This document shows positions 1-10,010 of a DNA stretch of 57,177 nt, piece after piece; position 1 is the stretch's first letter, and the number at the start of each line of letters is the position of its first letter. The translations under genes were made by a program, and so were the position numbers. Origin of the DNA: an uncultured archaeon (GTDB taxonomy: Archaea > Iainarchaeota > Iainarchaeia > Iainarchaeales > 1-14-0-10-31-34). The stretch spans positions 1 through 57,177 of the forward strand of contig CAYTYC010000006.1 of assembly GCA_964442255.1 (NCBI GenBank), given 5' to 3'. The notes under the pieces are model-generated. The model did no database searches. It was not told where the DNA came from and was given only the letters and a program-made list of their open reading frames with translations.

Positions 1-193
1 GGACAATCGCTTTCTTTGCCCCGATCCCCAAAGCCTTTTCCGCCAGCTTGTCCGCATGGAAATCCTTTTGCCCAAGGCCAACAGACAATGTGACAACCTT
101 GGCATTGTTTTTTTCCTGAAGCCATTTGAGTATGACTGAAGTGTCCAGGCCTCCGGAGAAAAGAAGGAGAACCTTCCCTGAATTTGAAGCCAT
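1..193 (-). CDS. argG: Argininosuccinate synthase, N-terminal part (runs off the window)
   Basis: Not in ORF track; manual translation [42 protein letters not shown] has the ArgG PP-loop SGGLDTS and the V-x-LGQ motif. Confidence 0.92.
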   Translation of the reverse strand, partial: MASNSGKVLLLFSGGLDTSVILKWLQEKNNAKVVTLSVGLGQKDFHADKLAEKALGIGAKKAIV

Positions 194-267
194 ACTATTT
201 GTATGCCCTAAAAAGGGCTTAAATACGGCAGATACATTTAATATAATTTTGGCTCAAATTGTTCCAT

Positions 268-864
268 ATGAAACAAAGCAATCTTTTGCCTGTTTCGCGC
301 AGGGTGGAGGACTTTGTAAAGAACAAGCCCTTCGTGCAGGAAGCCGTTGAGCAGGGAATAGTGAACTTCAGCTCGCTTGCAAGGCTTATCTCAAAGGATT
401 TGGGCGGGGAAAACTTTAATGCGGTGAAGGCTGCGCTTTTGAGGGCAAACAGGAAATTGGTTAAGCAAAAGAAGCAGAGGGAGAAAAAAGTTATCGCCCT
501 TCTTCGGAATTCCTCTTTTGAAATGAAAAACAAGGTTGCGGCACTTCACTCCGCAACTCCGCTGGATTTGGAGAGCATTGCTTCTTCCTTCACGCCTAGC
601 GGTTACGTTTACTTTCTGGAAGAAAGGGCTGCCGAAAAACTGAAGCACAGGGATGTTGAGGGGGGCTTTGCGATAATCCACTTAAAGAACCGGATTGAAA
701 TTGAATACACGCCTGGGGTAGTGGCCTTTATTTTTTCTGCCCTGGCCTCCGAAAACATTAACGTGGTTCACCTTCTGGACTGCAGGGAAGATACGTTCAT
801 TGTAATCAAGGAAAGCGATGCCCCGCTTGCGTTCTCGGTGCTTGCGGAAAGGCTGAGGATATAA
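268..864 (+). CDS. ACT-domain protein, probable amino-acid-responsive regulator
   Basis: N-terminal GIVNFSSLAR helical segment and C-terminal ACT-like TPGVVAFIFSALASENINV; divergent from argG. Confidence 0.75.
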   Translation: MKQSNLLPVSRRVEDFVKNKPFVQEAVEQGIVNFSSLARLISKDLGGENFNAVKAALLRANRKLVKQKKQREKKVIALLRNSSFEMKNKVAALHSATPLDLESIASSFTPSGYVYFLEERAAEKLKHRDVEGGFAIIHLKNRIEIEYTPGVVAFIFSALASENINVVHLLDCREDTFIVIKESDAPLAFSVLAERLRI

Positions 865-872
865 GCAAGGGG

Positions 873-1604
873 CTATTCCGCCAACTGCCCGAGTTCCCCA
901 AAATAGTATGTTTTGTCCCCTGCAACCCAAACCTCAAATTCGCTTAAATCCTGTTTCAGGAAAGGGCTCAAAAGCCTTTCCTTCAACACATTCGTGCCCT
1001 CAAAAACCAGATTAAAGGAAGGCAATACAACCAAAATTTTTCCCCGGAATTTTCCCTTTAAAAAGCACTTGAATTTCTCCCGTTTCACGCCCTCGCGCAA
1101 AACCACTGCGGGATGCTCGTGCCCTGTAACCAACACTTTGGCTTTCTTGAATTCGCTTTCCTTTGGCAAAACATCCCCGTGCAAAAACAAAACCTTTTCC
1201 TTTTCAAGGAAAAAGGAATCCAGCACTTTCAGGTTCTTCCATTTTGCGAGCGGCCCCAAAATCCGGTCATGGTTTCCTTTCAGCAAAACAATTTCTTTCG
1301 CGAAAGGCTCAATGAATGAAAGCAAATCCAGCACTTCATTCCATTCCTGTTCCGAAATTAAGCCGAACTCGTGTTTCAGGTCCCCGAGGATTGCAACTTT
1401 TTCCAGTTTCCCTGTTTTTTCCAGTATTGATTCCAGCCTTTTTTTTGTTTCCCGGAAATTAAACCTTGGAATCATTACGCCTTCCCTGTTCAGGGTTTCC
1501 TCAAACCCCAGGTGCAGGTCTGCTATCGCAAGAATTTTTTGTTCCGGAAAAAACAGCGCCAAATCAATTATTTCCGCATTCCGCAAAATCTTTTTTTCCT
1601 GCAT
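873..1604 (-). CDS. Metallophosphoesterase (ICC-like, Lhr-associated)
   Basis: Motifs DLHLG, LGDLKH, GNHD, HGD, GHEHP; lies downstream of Lhr. Confidence 0.9.
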   Translation of the reverse strand: MQEKKILRNAEIIDLALFFPEQKILAIADLHLGFEETLNREGVMIPRFNFRETKKRLESILEKTGKLEKVAILGDLKHEFGLISEQEWNEVLDLLSFIEPFAKEIVLLKGNHDRILGPLAKWKNLKVLDSFFLEKEKVLFLHGDVLPKESEFKKAKVLVTGHEHPAVVLREGVKREKFKCFLKGKFRGKILVVLPSFNLVFEGTNVLKERLLSPFLKQDLSEFEVWVAGDKTYYFGELGQLAE

Positions 1605-1647
1605 AAAAAACACTCTTACACTCCTGCATAAAAAACACTCTCACACT
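1598..1647. repeat. 25-bp tandem duplication covering the phosphoesterase start codon
   Basis: CCTGCATAAAAAACACTCTTACACT followed by CCTGCATAAAAAACACTCTCACACT (one mismatch). Confidence 0.9.
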
Positions 1648-1787
1648 TTTTCTTTTAAGGAAATCCTTTCCGCTTTCCGCTGTTGAAGCCTTTTTTCAAT
1701 TGGTTTTTTTTTCCGTTCCATTCCAGGTTTTTCTTTTTAAGCCCGGCTTCACCCTTTTTTCCATGCACCCCAAATTCTTTTTCCTGC

Positions 1788-4397
1788 TTAAGCTTTCTCT
1801 TTTAACGCAATCCTTTCCATTACCTGCCCATGCAAACGCTTCAAAAACTCCAGCCTTTCCTCCATCCGCATAATGTCCGCGTGGCCCTGCATCACAAGGT
1901 TAAACGCAAAAGGCGAAGGAATTTCGGTGTGAAGAACCTTCACCTTAATTTTTTTCTCTTCAATTGCTTTAAGCACCTTTTCCGCGTTCTCCAGATCCAT
2001 TAAGTCCTCCAAAACCTCCCTCCGCGCCTCCTTAAGGATAGGGAAATCGTTGCTTATCCTTCTCACTGCGCTTATCAAAAGCCTTGAGCTCATCTGCTGC
2101 CTTCCCGCGGTTTTTTTCCTTCCCCTGTAAGAGCGCAAAATCATGAGCGCGCGGACAGCGCAGTGCCGGAAACGCCTGTTCAAAACCTCTGTCCTTTCAA
2201 CCGCCATTTCGCTTAACTTCCTTATTTCGCCTGATTTCACCAGCTTTATTGCCTGTTCAACTGGAAGCTTTCCGCTGCTTGTGAGCACAAAGCCGTTGTC
2301 ATTCATGCTCAATTCAATGTCCTTGTGCAACAGCCTGCTTACCGCAAAGGCGCAGGCCCTGCTTAAAACGTCATTCACCCTTCTCCCGTAAAGCGAATGG
2401 AAAACCGCATGCGTTAAATTGGCTTCCCTGAACACTTCCACCAAAAGCTTTCGTTCATGCGGAATTTCGAGGAAGCGAAACTGCTCATTGAAGTACTCGT
2501 AAATGGCTTCAGCCGCGTTTTCCTCTGCATACAGGTAACGCTTAATGAACTCCAAAATCTCTTTCCTGCTTTTCCCTGCCATGAACTGTTCTTCCATGAG
2601 CTTCCGGAATTTCCCGATTTCGTTCGCCAAATCAAAGGAAAGCGGCAGCATTTCCGAAACCCAGCTTGGAATGGTTGGAGGCCTTTTATAAGCTGAAACA
2701 ACCTGTGCCGTCATTCCCGAAGCGTACCTGAATTCATAGCTTTGCCCGCCCAAAACAAACACGTCCCCGCGCTTCATTCTTTCAAGAAAGCCTTCATCAA
2801 TTGTCCCAATCTTCAAGTCCTTTATTTTCACGTTGATTTTTGCCTCGTCAGGGATTGTGCCGATGTTTGTCATGTAGATTACGCGGGCAAGCTTTCCTTT
2901 CCGGCCAATCATCCTGGTGTCAGGGTCAAACCAGATTTTTCCGTACACGTGCCTTACCTCCAGCGAAGCGTATTTTCCGCTCAAATAATCTATTACCCCA
3001 AAGAATTCGCTTCTCCTCAAATTCCTGTAGCAATGGCTTCCTTTCACCAGCCTGAACATTTCATTCGCATGGGTTATTCCAGCGATTGCAATTCCGTAAA
3101 TCTGCTGCGCCAAAACATCCAAAGCATTCTCCGGAACCTGAATCCTGTCAATGTGGTGCTCAAGCGCATTTTTGAGCATTACCGCGCATTCCACCAGATC
3201 GTCGCGGTCCATTACCACGAGCCTTCCCTTTATTTCGTCGTGCAGCTTGTGCCCGCTTCTCCCCACCCTCTGCAGTGCGCGTGCAACGCTTTTCGGCGAA
3301 CCCAGCAATACAACCAAGTCAATGAAGCCAATGTCAATCCCCAGTTCCAGTGAAGTGCTGGAAACAATCACCTTGAGTTCTCCCTTCTTTAATCTTTCCT
3401 CTGTTTTCAGGCGCATTTCCCTGCTTAGGGAAGAATGGTGTGCCGCAATATTCGCGCCGTAGCTTTTCTCAAACATTTCCTTTAAATTGTGCACCACCCT
3501 CTCGGTTCCGCTTCTTGTGTTCGTGAAGATGAGGGTTGTGCGGTGCTTTTGGATTAAATTGTGCAATAAGCTGTAGAGTGACTCCTGCGTTTGTTTTTGC
3601 GAAACGTTAATGTAGCCTGAAAGCGGGGAAATCACTTTCATGTTAAGTTTTTTTTCGAGTTTCACGTCCACTATTTTGCAGTCCCTTTCCTTTCCGTTCT
3701 CCAATCCAACCAAAAACTTTGCGACTTCCTCCAGCGGGGCAATCGTTGCGCTCAGCCCTATGCGGCAGATTTTTGGCGAGAGCAGCTGCAGCCTTTCAAG
3801 TGAAAGGGAAAGGTGCACTCCGCGCTTGTTTGAGGCAAGCGCGTGAATCTCATCCACGATGCACCAGTCCGCGCTGCGCAAAAATTCCCTGAACTTTGGT
3901 GCGTTTAAAACAATTGCCAAGGATTCCGGTGTTGTGATCAGGATGTGCGGCGGCTTTTTTGACATTTTCGCTTTTTCACTTACACTCGTATCGCCTGTCC
4001 TTACAGCAACCCGCACGTTTATTTTCTTTCCTTTGTTTTCCGCCATTTTTTTTATTGCCTTGAGTGGTTCCTGGAGGTTGCGGTTGATGTCGTTGTTCAG
4101 TGCCTTGAGCGGGGAAATGTAAACACAATACACCCTGTCCTCAAGCTGCCCTGCCTCTGAAAGTGAAATCAGTTCGTTCAGTATTGCGGTGAATGCACTC
4201 AACGTTTTCCCCGAGCCGGTTACTGCGGTTATTAATNNNNNNNNNNATGTGTTCTCGCGCCTGTGGACGTTGAGTATTGCGTATTTTTGGGGCTCGGTGA
4301 AAGAGCCGAACTCTTTCCTGAACCATTCCGCAAGCAGGGGGTTGAGCCGGGAGAAAATCTCATTGTCCGGGTGCTTTTCTTTCTGGAACTGAATCAT
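1788..4397 (-). CDS. lhr: ATP-dependent Lhr-family helicase
   Basis: TGSGKT Walker A, SPLKAL, TTPESL, DEIH, SAT, LELGID, QRVGRSGH; 10-N gap at 4237-4246. Confidence 0.93.
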   Translation of the reverse strand: MIQFQKEKHPDNEIFSRLNPLLAEWFRKEFGSFTEPQKYAILNVHRRENTXXXXLITAVTGSGKTLSAFTAILNELISLSEAGQLEDRVYCVYISPLKALNNDINRNLQEPLKAIKKMAENKGKKINVRVAVRTGDTSVSEKAKMSKKPPHILITTPESLAIVLNAPKFREFLRSADWCIVDEIHALASNKRGVHLSLSLERLQLLSPKICRIGLSATIAPLEEVAKFLVGLENGKERDCKIVDVKLEKKLNMKVISPLSGYINVSQKQTQESLYSLLHNLIQKHRTTLIFTNTRSGTERVVHNLKEMFEKSYGANIAAHHSSLSREMRLKTEERLKKGELKVIVSSTSLELGIDIGFIDLVVLLGSPKSVARALQRVGRSGHKLHDEIKGRLVVMDRDDLVECAVMLKNALEHHIDRIQVPENALDVLAQQIYGIAIAGITHANEMFRLVKGSHCYRNLRRSEFFGVIDYLSGKYASLEVRHVYGKIWFDPDTRMIGRKGKLARVIYMTNIGTIPDEAKINVKIKDLKIGTIDEGFLERMKRGDVFVLGGQSYEFRYASGMTAQVVSAYKRPPTIPSWVSEMLPLSFDLANEIGKFRKLMEEQFMAGKSRKEILEFIKRYLYAEENAAEAIYEYFNEQFRFLEIPHERKLLVEVFREANLTHAVFHSLYGRRVNDVLSRACAFAVSRLLHKDIELSMNDNGFVLTSSGKLPVEQAIKLVKSGEIRKLSEMAVERTEVLNRRFRHCAVRALMILRSYRGRKKTAGRQQMSSRLLISAVRRISNDFPILKEARREVLEDLMDLENAEKVLKAIEEKKIKVKVLHTEIPSPFAFNLVMQGHADIMRMEERLEFLKRLHGQVMERIALKEKA

Positions 4398-4507
4398 AAA
4401 GAACACCTTTTTGGCTTATACATAACAGAAGTCGATTAACAAACGACTTACCTATAGTATTTGGAAAGCAATTTAAAGAAACCCGGTTTACTTGCGGATA
4501 CCTTCAC

Positions 4508-5107
4508 TTATTTGATTACGCCTTTCGCCCTGAAAACCCTTTGTACAGCCGTGAGGTTTGTTAAGAGCGCAAGGGCCGCCAAAACCCAGTAAATCAGCGC
4601 ATTCTGCCCGAAATATCCGGAAAAAAGGGCGCTTAAACCCACGCCCAGCCCCAGTAAAAACAGCCTTTCCCCCCTTTCAAGCAAATCAGGCCATGCATTA
4701 TTGTCAATCCTTGCAGCCATTGCCGCCCTTGCCTTGTTGTAGGAGGTTGCAAGTGAACCAAACAGCAAAACAATGCACAAAAACCAGAATCCTGTGGCAA
4801 ACGCTATTCCAATTATGAGAATGGCCTCCACATACCTGTCCACAACCGCGTCAAGGTAAGAGCCGAACGCGGATTCCTTTCCGGAAAGCCTTGCCACAGC
4901 GCCGTCCAGTGCATCAAACCCTGCTGTAATCAGAAGAAGAATTCCGCCCAAAAGAAAGTCTCCTTTTGCAAGAAAGTAAACAGTTATTCCCGCAAGCACA
5001 AGCGAAAAAAGCGTTACCGCGTTTGGCCCAATGCCTGCCTTCACGAAAAGCTTTGCGATTCCCCTCCATAATGGATTGAATTTGTGCCTGTATTTTGCGC
5101 TAATCAT
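4508..5107 (-). CDS. CDP-alcohol phosphatidyltransferase (archaetidylinositol-phosphate synthase-like)
   Basis: PNAVT and DALDGAVAR..G..LDAVVDR signature; hydrophobic helices. Confidence 0.9.
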   Translation of the reverse strand: MISAKYRHKFNPLWRGIAKLFVKAGIGPNAVTLFSLVLAGITVYFLAKGDFLLGGILLLITAGFDALDGAVARLSGKESAFGSYLDAVVDRYVEAILIIGIAFATGFWFLCIVLLFGSLATSYNKARAAMAARIDNNAWPDLLERGERLFLLGLGVGLSALFSGYFGQNALIYWVLAALALLTNLTAVQRVFRAKGVIK

Positions 5108-5400
5108 CAGGTAATACGGAGTAGAATAAAGGTTAAAAGAAGTGGTGAAAGGAGAAAAAAAAAGGGGAGGGAACAATGGTTAAGGCAACTGAAAAAAACA
5201 GCAGGATATGGGGGGGTTCACGTATTTTTTTTTACTCTTTTACGCAGAGTGAGCCTACCCCCGCCATAATCCATCTTAACGGTTTTGTTCAACCACCTCA
5301 AAAACCATAACGGTTTTTTCTTTTATAAACTTTATTCCCATTTTTTGCCAAAAAACCGCATCAATTATTCAAAAAAGCTTTTCGATTGTATTATTTAATC

Positions 5401-5964
5401 ATGGGCGCAATTCTGAAGGGCAGGAAACTGGATGTTTTCCTTGAGCTTTTAAGGAATTCCGGGGCAAGCGACAGGGAAATCGCAAAGAAAGTGAGCGCCT
5501 CGCAGCCGACCGTTACAAGGATAAGGAACAGGCTGTTCAATGAAGGGTTCATCGAAAAATACTCCCTCCAGCCCGGAGTGGAAAAGCTTGGATTAAAGTT
5601 CATGGTCCTGACTTTTTTTGGGGACATGGACTTCAAGTCAAGGAAACTCTTCAGGGAACTGATAAAAAACTCCGGGGAAGTTGTTTTTTCAGCGGAAGGG
5701 GAAGGGTTAAAGGACTACTCTTTTGTTGTCCTCTCACTCCACCCGGACTTTGACTTTTACCAGTCCTTTTTGGGCGGGCTGAGGAAAAGGCTCGGCGCAA
5801 GAAGCCTGAATGCCTCCTCTTTTTTTGTTTCCCGCAAATCACTGATAAAGGGATTTGACTTTTCCTCCGCGGTTGAAAGCTTTGTGCTTCCAAGGAAAAG
5901 GAAAAGGGACAAAATTTCCGGCCAAATCCAGAAGATTCCGTTTGTAAAAAAACCGCAGAATTAG
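5401..5964 (+). CDS. Lrp/AsnC-family transcriptional regulator
   Basis: HTH SDREIAKKVSASQPTVTRIRNRL followed by RAM-like domain. Confidence 0.82.
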   Translation: MGAILKGRKLDVFLELLRNSGASDREIAKKVSASQPTVTRIRNRLFNEGFIEKYSLQPGVEKLGLKFMVLTFFGDMDFKSRKLFRELIKNSGEVVFSAEGEGLKDYSFVVLSLHPDFDFYQSFLGGLRKRLGARSLNASSFFVSRKSLIKGFDFSSAVESFVLPRKRKRDKISGQIQKIPFVKKPQN

Positions 5965-6944
5965 TGTTTCCTTTTTTTCCTGAATTTTTTGTTTTTGGGT
6001 TTGCCCCTGAACTCGCTTATCGGCCCCATCGGGCTGCCGTAATGGATTTTTTTTATTGCCTTGGCAAAAAGCCTTGAAATGGATACAACATTTATTTTTT
6101 TTGACTTTTTTTTCGGAAGAATTGAATCCGTCAGCACAACCTCGTCAATCCTGCTCCCGTTAATTTTTTCAACCGCGTCCCCGGACAATACGCCGTGGGC
6201 GGCAAGCACCAAAACCTTTCTTGCGCCCTCCTTTTTCAGCAAATCGCTTGCCGCGACAATCGTTCCGCCTGTGTCAACCATGTCGTCAATTATGAGGCAG
6301 TTTTTTCCCTTCACTTCCCCAATCAGTGTAACTGCCTTTGCCACGTTTTCCTTTGGCCTGATTTTGTTGATGAACGCAAGCCCTGCCCCGATCTTTTTCG
6401 CGAACTTTGTGGAGCGCTTCATTGCGCCTTCATCCGGCGCAACAACAACCAGGTTTCTTAGTTTTTTTTTGTGGATGTATTCCAGGAAAAGCACTTCCGC
6501 GCTAAGGTTGTCCACAGGAATGTCAAAGAAAGCCTCAATGGGGGCGGAGTGAAGTTCCATGGTCAAAACCCGGTCAGCCCCCGTGACAGTTATCGCCTTT
6601 GCCAAAACCTTTGCGCTCACCGGAATGTGGGGCTCAAACCTTTTGTCCTGGCGGGCGTAAGCCATGTAAGGAATGACCGCCGTAACCCTTTCCGCTGAAG
6701 CCCTTTTCACGGCATCAATAAACAAAAGCAATTCCATTATGTGCTCATTGCATGGCGCGGAAAGGCTTTGCACAATATACACGTCTTTTCCCCTAACGCT
6801 TTTGTCTATTTTCAGGAGAATTTCGCTGTCCTTGAAACGGGAAAGTTTGGCTGTAGACAAGCGGGTTTTAAGGTGTCTTGCCATCGCCTCGGCCAGCGGC
6901 CTGTTTGCGCTGCCCGAAAAAACCTTGAGCTCGAATTCCTTCAT
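5961..6944 (-). CDS. prs: Ribose-phosphate pyrophosphokinase
   Basis: YARQD, ELHS, VAPDEGA, IIDDMVDTGGT motifs. Confidence 0.95.
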   Translation of the reverse strand: MKEFELKVFSGSANRPLAEAMARHLKTRLSTAKLSRFKDSEILLKIDKSVRGKDVYIVQSLSAPCNEHIMELLLFIDAVKRASAERVTAVIPYMAYARQDKRFEPHIPVSAKVLAKAITVTGADRVLTMELHSAPIEAFFDIPVDNLSAEVLFLEYIHKKKLRNLVVVAPDEGAMKRSTKFAKKIGAGLAFINKIRPKENVAKAVTLIGEVKGKNCLIIDDMVDTGGTIVAASDLLKKEGARKVLVLAAHGVLSGDAVEKINGSRIDEVVLTDSILPKKKSKKINVVSISRLFAKAIKKIHYGSPMGPISEFRGKPKNKKFRKKRKH

Positions 6945-7075
6945 TTTTTTTCCTCTTTAACCCTTGAGCCGAAACGGATTCTTATTCCGCCGGGAACCCT
7001 TTTAACCCATTCAACCACTGCCTTCCTTTTTCCTTGCCCCGCCTTTTTTTCCGGCTTTTTCATTTTTTGTCCCAT
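6941..7075 (-). CDS. Possible 44-aa basic leader ORF coupled to prs
   Basis: MGQKMKKPEKKAGQGKRKAVVEWVKRVPGGIRIRFGSRVKEEKK; its TGA overlaps the prs ATG (ATGA). Confidence 0.35.
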   Translation of the reverse strand: MGQKMKKPEKKAGQGKRKAVVEWVKRVPGGIRIRFGSRVKEEKK

Positions 7076-7127
7076 ACATTTAGTCCGTTTGGCTTTAAAT
7101 ATTTTTTTGTGCTGAAACTATCAGCTT

Positions 7128-8390
7128 ATGGAAGCCAAAATAACCGGAGTAAGGGCAAGGGAAGTGCTTGACAGCAGGGGAAACCCCACAATAGAGGCAC
7201 AAGCCTTTTCAGGGGATAATTCCGCTTCAGCGATTGTCCCAAGCGGAGCCTCCACAGGCTCATTCGAAGCTTTGGAGCTGAGGGATGGCGGGAAAAGATT
7301 CAACGGAAAAGGCGTCCTGAAGGCGGTTTCAAACGTCAACTCAATTATTGCGCCCCGCATTTTTGGAAGAAACCCAACAGAACAAAAAGAGATTGACTCT
7401 TTTCTGATTGAACTGGACGGCACAGCCAACAAGTCCAGGCTCGGCGCAAACTCCTTGCTTGCAGTAAGCATGTCAGTCTGCGCATTGGGCGCAAAGGAAT
7501 CCGGGAAAGAGCTGTTTGAGCACATCTCAAAACTCTTTGGAAGCCGTTCCATTAAGCTTCCAATCCCGCAGGTGAACGTAATTAACGGCGGAAAGCATGC
7601 GGGAATGGAGCATGAGGTGCAGGAGCACCTGCTTATGCCTGTAAAAGCAAAAGACTTTCCAACCGCAATGCAGGCTGCAGTTGAAACATACCACGCGCTC
7701 AAAAAAATGCTGAAGGAAAAATTCGGCGCACAGGGTGTTTTGCTTGGGGATGAAGGGGGCTTTGCCCCAAAAATCAATTCGCTTGAGGAAAGGCTGGAAT
7801 TAATGCTTAAGGCGGTTGAGGAGGCGGGCTACTCAAAGGAAATGGCGCTTGCCTTGGATGTGGCCGCAAGCGAATTGTTTGAAAACGGAAACTATTTCAT
7901 TGGCGAAAAAAAGTTTTCAGCGGGTGAACTGGCCGACTTTTATTTTGAAGTTGTTTCCCGCTATCCGGTTGTTTCAATTGAGGACGGTTTGGCTGAAAAT
8001 GACTGGAAAGGCTGGAGTGAATTAAACAAAAAGCTTGGAAAAAAAGTCCAGGTTGTCGGGGACGACATTCTTGTCACAAACTCTGAAAGGATTGGTAAAG
8101 CGGTTGAATTGAATGCATGCAATGCACTTCTCCTTAAGGTAAACCAAATCGGGACTGTTTCCGAATCAATGGGTGCTGCGAAAATGGCGCTGGATGCCGG
8201 CTGGAGGGTTGTTGTCAGCCACAGGAGCGGCGAAACAGAGGACTCTTTCATAGCGGATTTGGTTGTCGGGCTGGGAACAGGCCAAAGCAAGTTCGGCGCG
8301 CCTGCAAGAAGCGAAAGGAACGCGAAATACAACCGCCTGCTCCGCATTAATGAAAAGCCCGGGGAAAAGGCAGCTTACGCGGAATTTTAA
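7128..8390 (+). CDS. eno: Enolase
   Basis: DSRGNPT, PSGASTG, GDEGGF, LLKVNQIG, SHRSGETED. Confidence 0.97.
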   Translation: MEAKITGVRAREVLDSRGNPTIEAQAFSGDNSASAIVPSGASTGSFEALELRDGGKRFNGKGVLKAVSNVNSIIAPRIFGRNPTEQKEIDSFLIELDGTANKSRLGANSLLAVSMSVCALGAKESGKELFEHISKLFGSRSIKLPIPQVNVINGGKHAGMEHEVQEHLLMPVKAKDFPTAMQAAVETYHALKKMLKEKFGAQGVLLGDEGGFAPKINSLEERLELMLKAVEEAGYSKEMALALDVAASELFENGNYFIGEKKFSAGELADFYFEVVSRYPVVSIEDGLAENDWKGWSELNKKLGKKVQVVGDDILVTNSERIGKAVELNACNALLLKVNQIGTVSESMGAAKMALDAGWRVVVSHRSGETEDSFIADLVVGLGTGQSKFGAPARSERNAKYNRLLRINEKPGEKAAYAEF

Positions 8391-8563
8391 CTAATTAAGG
8401 GCAGAATCACGACAAAAATAATGGTTGTTATCGCCACACTGAACCCAATCCACGCAACCAGCCTGTTCGCTTCCCTTAGCTTCATGTAATCCACAGCCAA
8501 ATACGAAACAATCATTGCCGCAATAACCGGAAGGCCGGCTGAAAAAAAGTTGAGTTCAACCAT
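8387..8563 (-). CDS. 58-aa two-helix membrane protein
   Basis: Below ORF-track cutoff; MVELNFFSAGLPVIAAMIVSYLAVDYMKLREANRLVAWIGFSVAITTIIFVVILPLIS fills the nucS-eno gap exactly. Confidence 0.7.
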   Translation of the reverse strand: MVELNFFSAGLPVIAAMIVSYLAVDYMKLREANRLVAWIGFSVAITTIIFVVILPLIS

Positions 8564-9332
8564 TCTTTTTTCCCCCGAACAGGTCTTTTATCGAGTGCTG
8601 TCCCTTCCCAACGCCCTTTATTTTGGCTTTCGGGTTTGATATTTCAAACTCGAGTTCCTTGAATTCCAGCCCAAACTGCTCCAGCATTTCCAGCGCGTTT
8701 TTTTGAATGCCCGGCGCAAGGAGAATGCCCCTTGTTTCCCTGCCCTTCATTTTTTTCAACTGCCTCACATACCTCTGCAGCTGGCTTACCGCGTTAAAGC
8801 CAGCCTTTCTTCTTTTAACTTCAATTACAGCAATCCTTCCCTTTGAGTCCTCCGCGATGATGTCCATTACGCCTTTCCTTACCGGCATTTCCGCCTTCAA
8901 TGCCTTCATTCCGGCTTCAATAAAACTTAAATCCTCCATGAGCTGGCCGCTCAGCTCTTTTTCCGAGCCGAAAAGCCTTAAATCGCTTTTTTCCTGAACC
9001 CCCAATTCAAAGGAATCAAAAAACTCCACTGAATCAAAGAAAACCCGGATGGTTTCCTTTGGCTTAACTTTTGCCGCGGAAACAGTCAGCTTCCCTTCCG
9101 CCAAACCGCATTTGATTGCGGCGTCCATCATGTAGTTTGTCGGCCTTAACAATTTGTTTTGGTGTATTGCAAAGGAGCCGTCCCCTTTAATCAGCAGAAG
9201 CCTTTTTCCTTTCGGCAGCTTGCTTGCCGCCCGCCCGAAGTATTCCACGTTGCAGTCCCCGACAACCAAACACATTTTTCCGCTGTTCACTGACCGTTCA
9301 ATGCATTCCTTTGCCCTGGAAAACCGGTTCAT
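8556..9332 (-). CDS. nucS: Endonuclease NucS/EndoMS
   Basis: YFGRAAS, KGDGSFAIH, D..EVKR nuclease motif, QLQRY. Confidence 0.92.
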   Translation of the reverse strand: MNRFSRAKECIERSVNSGKMCLVVGDCNVEYFGRAASKLPKGKRLLLIKGDGSFAIHQNKLLRPTNYMMDAAIKCGLAEGKLTVSAAKVKPKETIRVFFDSVEFFDSFELGVQEKSDLRLFGSEKELSGQLMEDLSFIEAGMKALKAEMPVRKGVMDIIAEDSKGRIAVIEVKRRKAGFNAVSQLQRYVRQLKKMKGRETRGILLAPGIQKNALEMLEQFGLEFKELEFEISNPKAKIKGVGKGQHSIKDLFGGKKNG

Positions 9333-9368
9333 GACAGAAAAAGAGGCAAAGAAAATTTAAGCCCTTTC

Positions 9369-10010
9369 CTATTTCAAAACCATCCCTGTTTCCATGAACC
9401 AAAGGTAAAGGTCCAGTTCCGCGAGCGAAAGCCCTGTTTTTTCCGCAATTTTTTCCAGCTTTTTTTCCGCCAAAAGATACTGCTTCCCGGTAAAGGTTTT
9501 CGGTTTCTTCATCAACCCTTCTTTTTCCATTAAATCAAGTATGTGAAAGTCTATTATCGCGCAGTTCCTGCAGCCGATGTTCCTGAGAAAATGGCTTGCC
9601 TCCTTGTAGCCGAAGCCTTTCACCTTCTGCACAAGCCATTCCCTTGACTCCCTTTCACTTTGGAAGGAGCGCACGGTTTCTTTCAGTGAATCCCGGTGCT
9701 TTTGCGCCTCAAAAATGTATTCCGCCCTTTTGTTCGGGTACCTGTAGCCGAGAGACTTAAGTTTCCTGGCCAAAGAAGCTTTTGGGAGGGCGCTGAAACA
9801 GTTTCCCATTTCCTTTTGAATCCTCATCGCCTTTTCCGCGTTGTAGTTTGCGGTTAAAAGGCAAAAGCAGAGCTCATTAAACACTGCGCCTTCACCCTTT
9901 TTTCCGAGCGCGCTGAATTCCTTCATTCTTTTGTCCGCGGTTTTTTTTACTTCGCTTTTCTTCAGTTCTTCAATTTTTTTTTCCAGTTTCACGATTTCAC
10001 CCGACGCCAA
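9369..10010 (-). CDS. ogg: 8-oxoguanine DNA glycosylase/AP lyase (archaeal Ogg type)
   Basis: ELCFCLLTAN, KGFGYKEASHFLRN, AIIDFHIL, ELDLYLW. Confidence 0.9.
   Translation of the reverse strand: MASGEIVKLEKKIEELKKSEVKKTADKRMKEFSALGKKGEGAVFNELCFCLLTANYNAEKAMRIQKEMGNCFSALPKASLARKLKSLGYRYPNKRAEYIFEAQKHRDSLKETVRSFQSERESREWLVQKVKGFGYKEASHFLRNIGCRNCAIIDFHILDLMEKEGLMKKPKTFTGKQYLLAEKKLEKIAEKTGLSLAELDLYLWFMETGMVLK

Noticed and set aside
913..1686. Long antisense ORFs (this one and others such as 17176-17964)
   Set aside because: Shadows of well-supported genes on the opposite strand with no motifs of their own.
4237..4246. Insertion or intein in Lhr
   Set aside because: 10-N scaffold gap; motifs are continuous on both sides.
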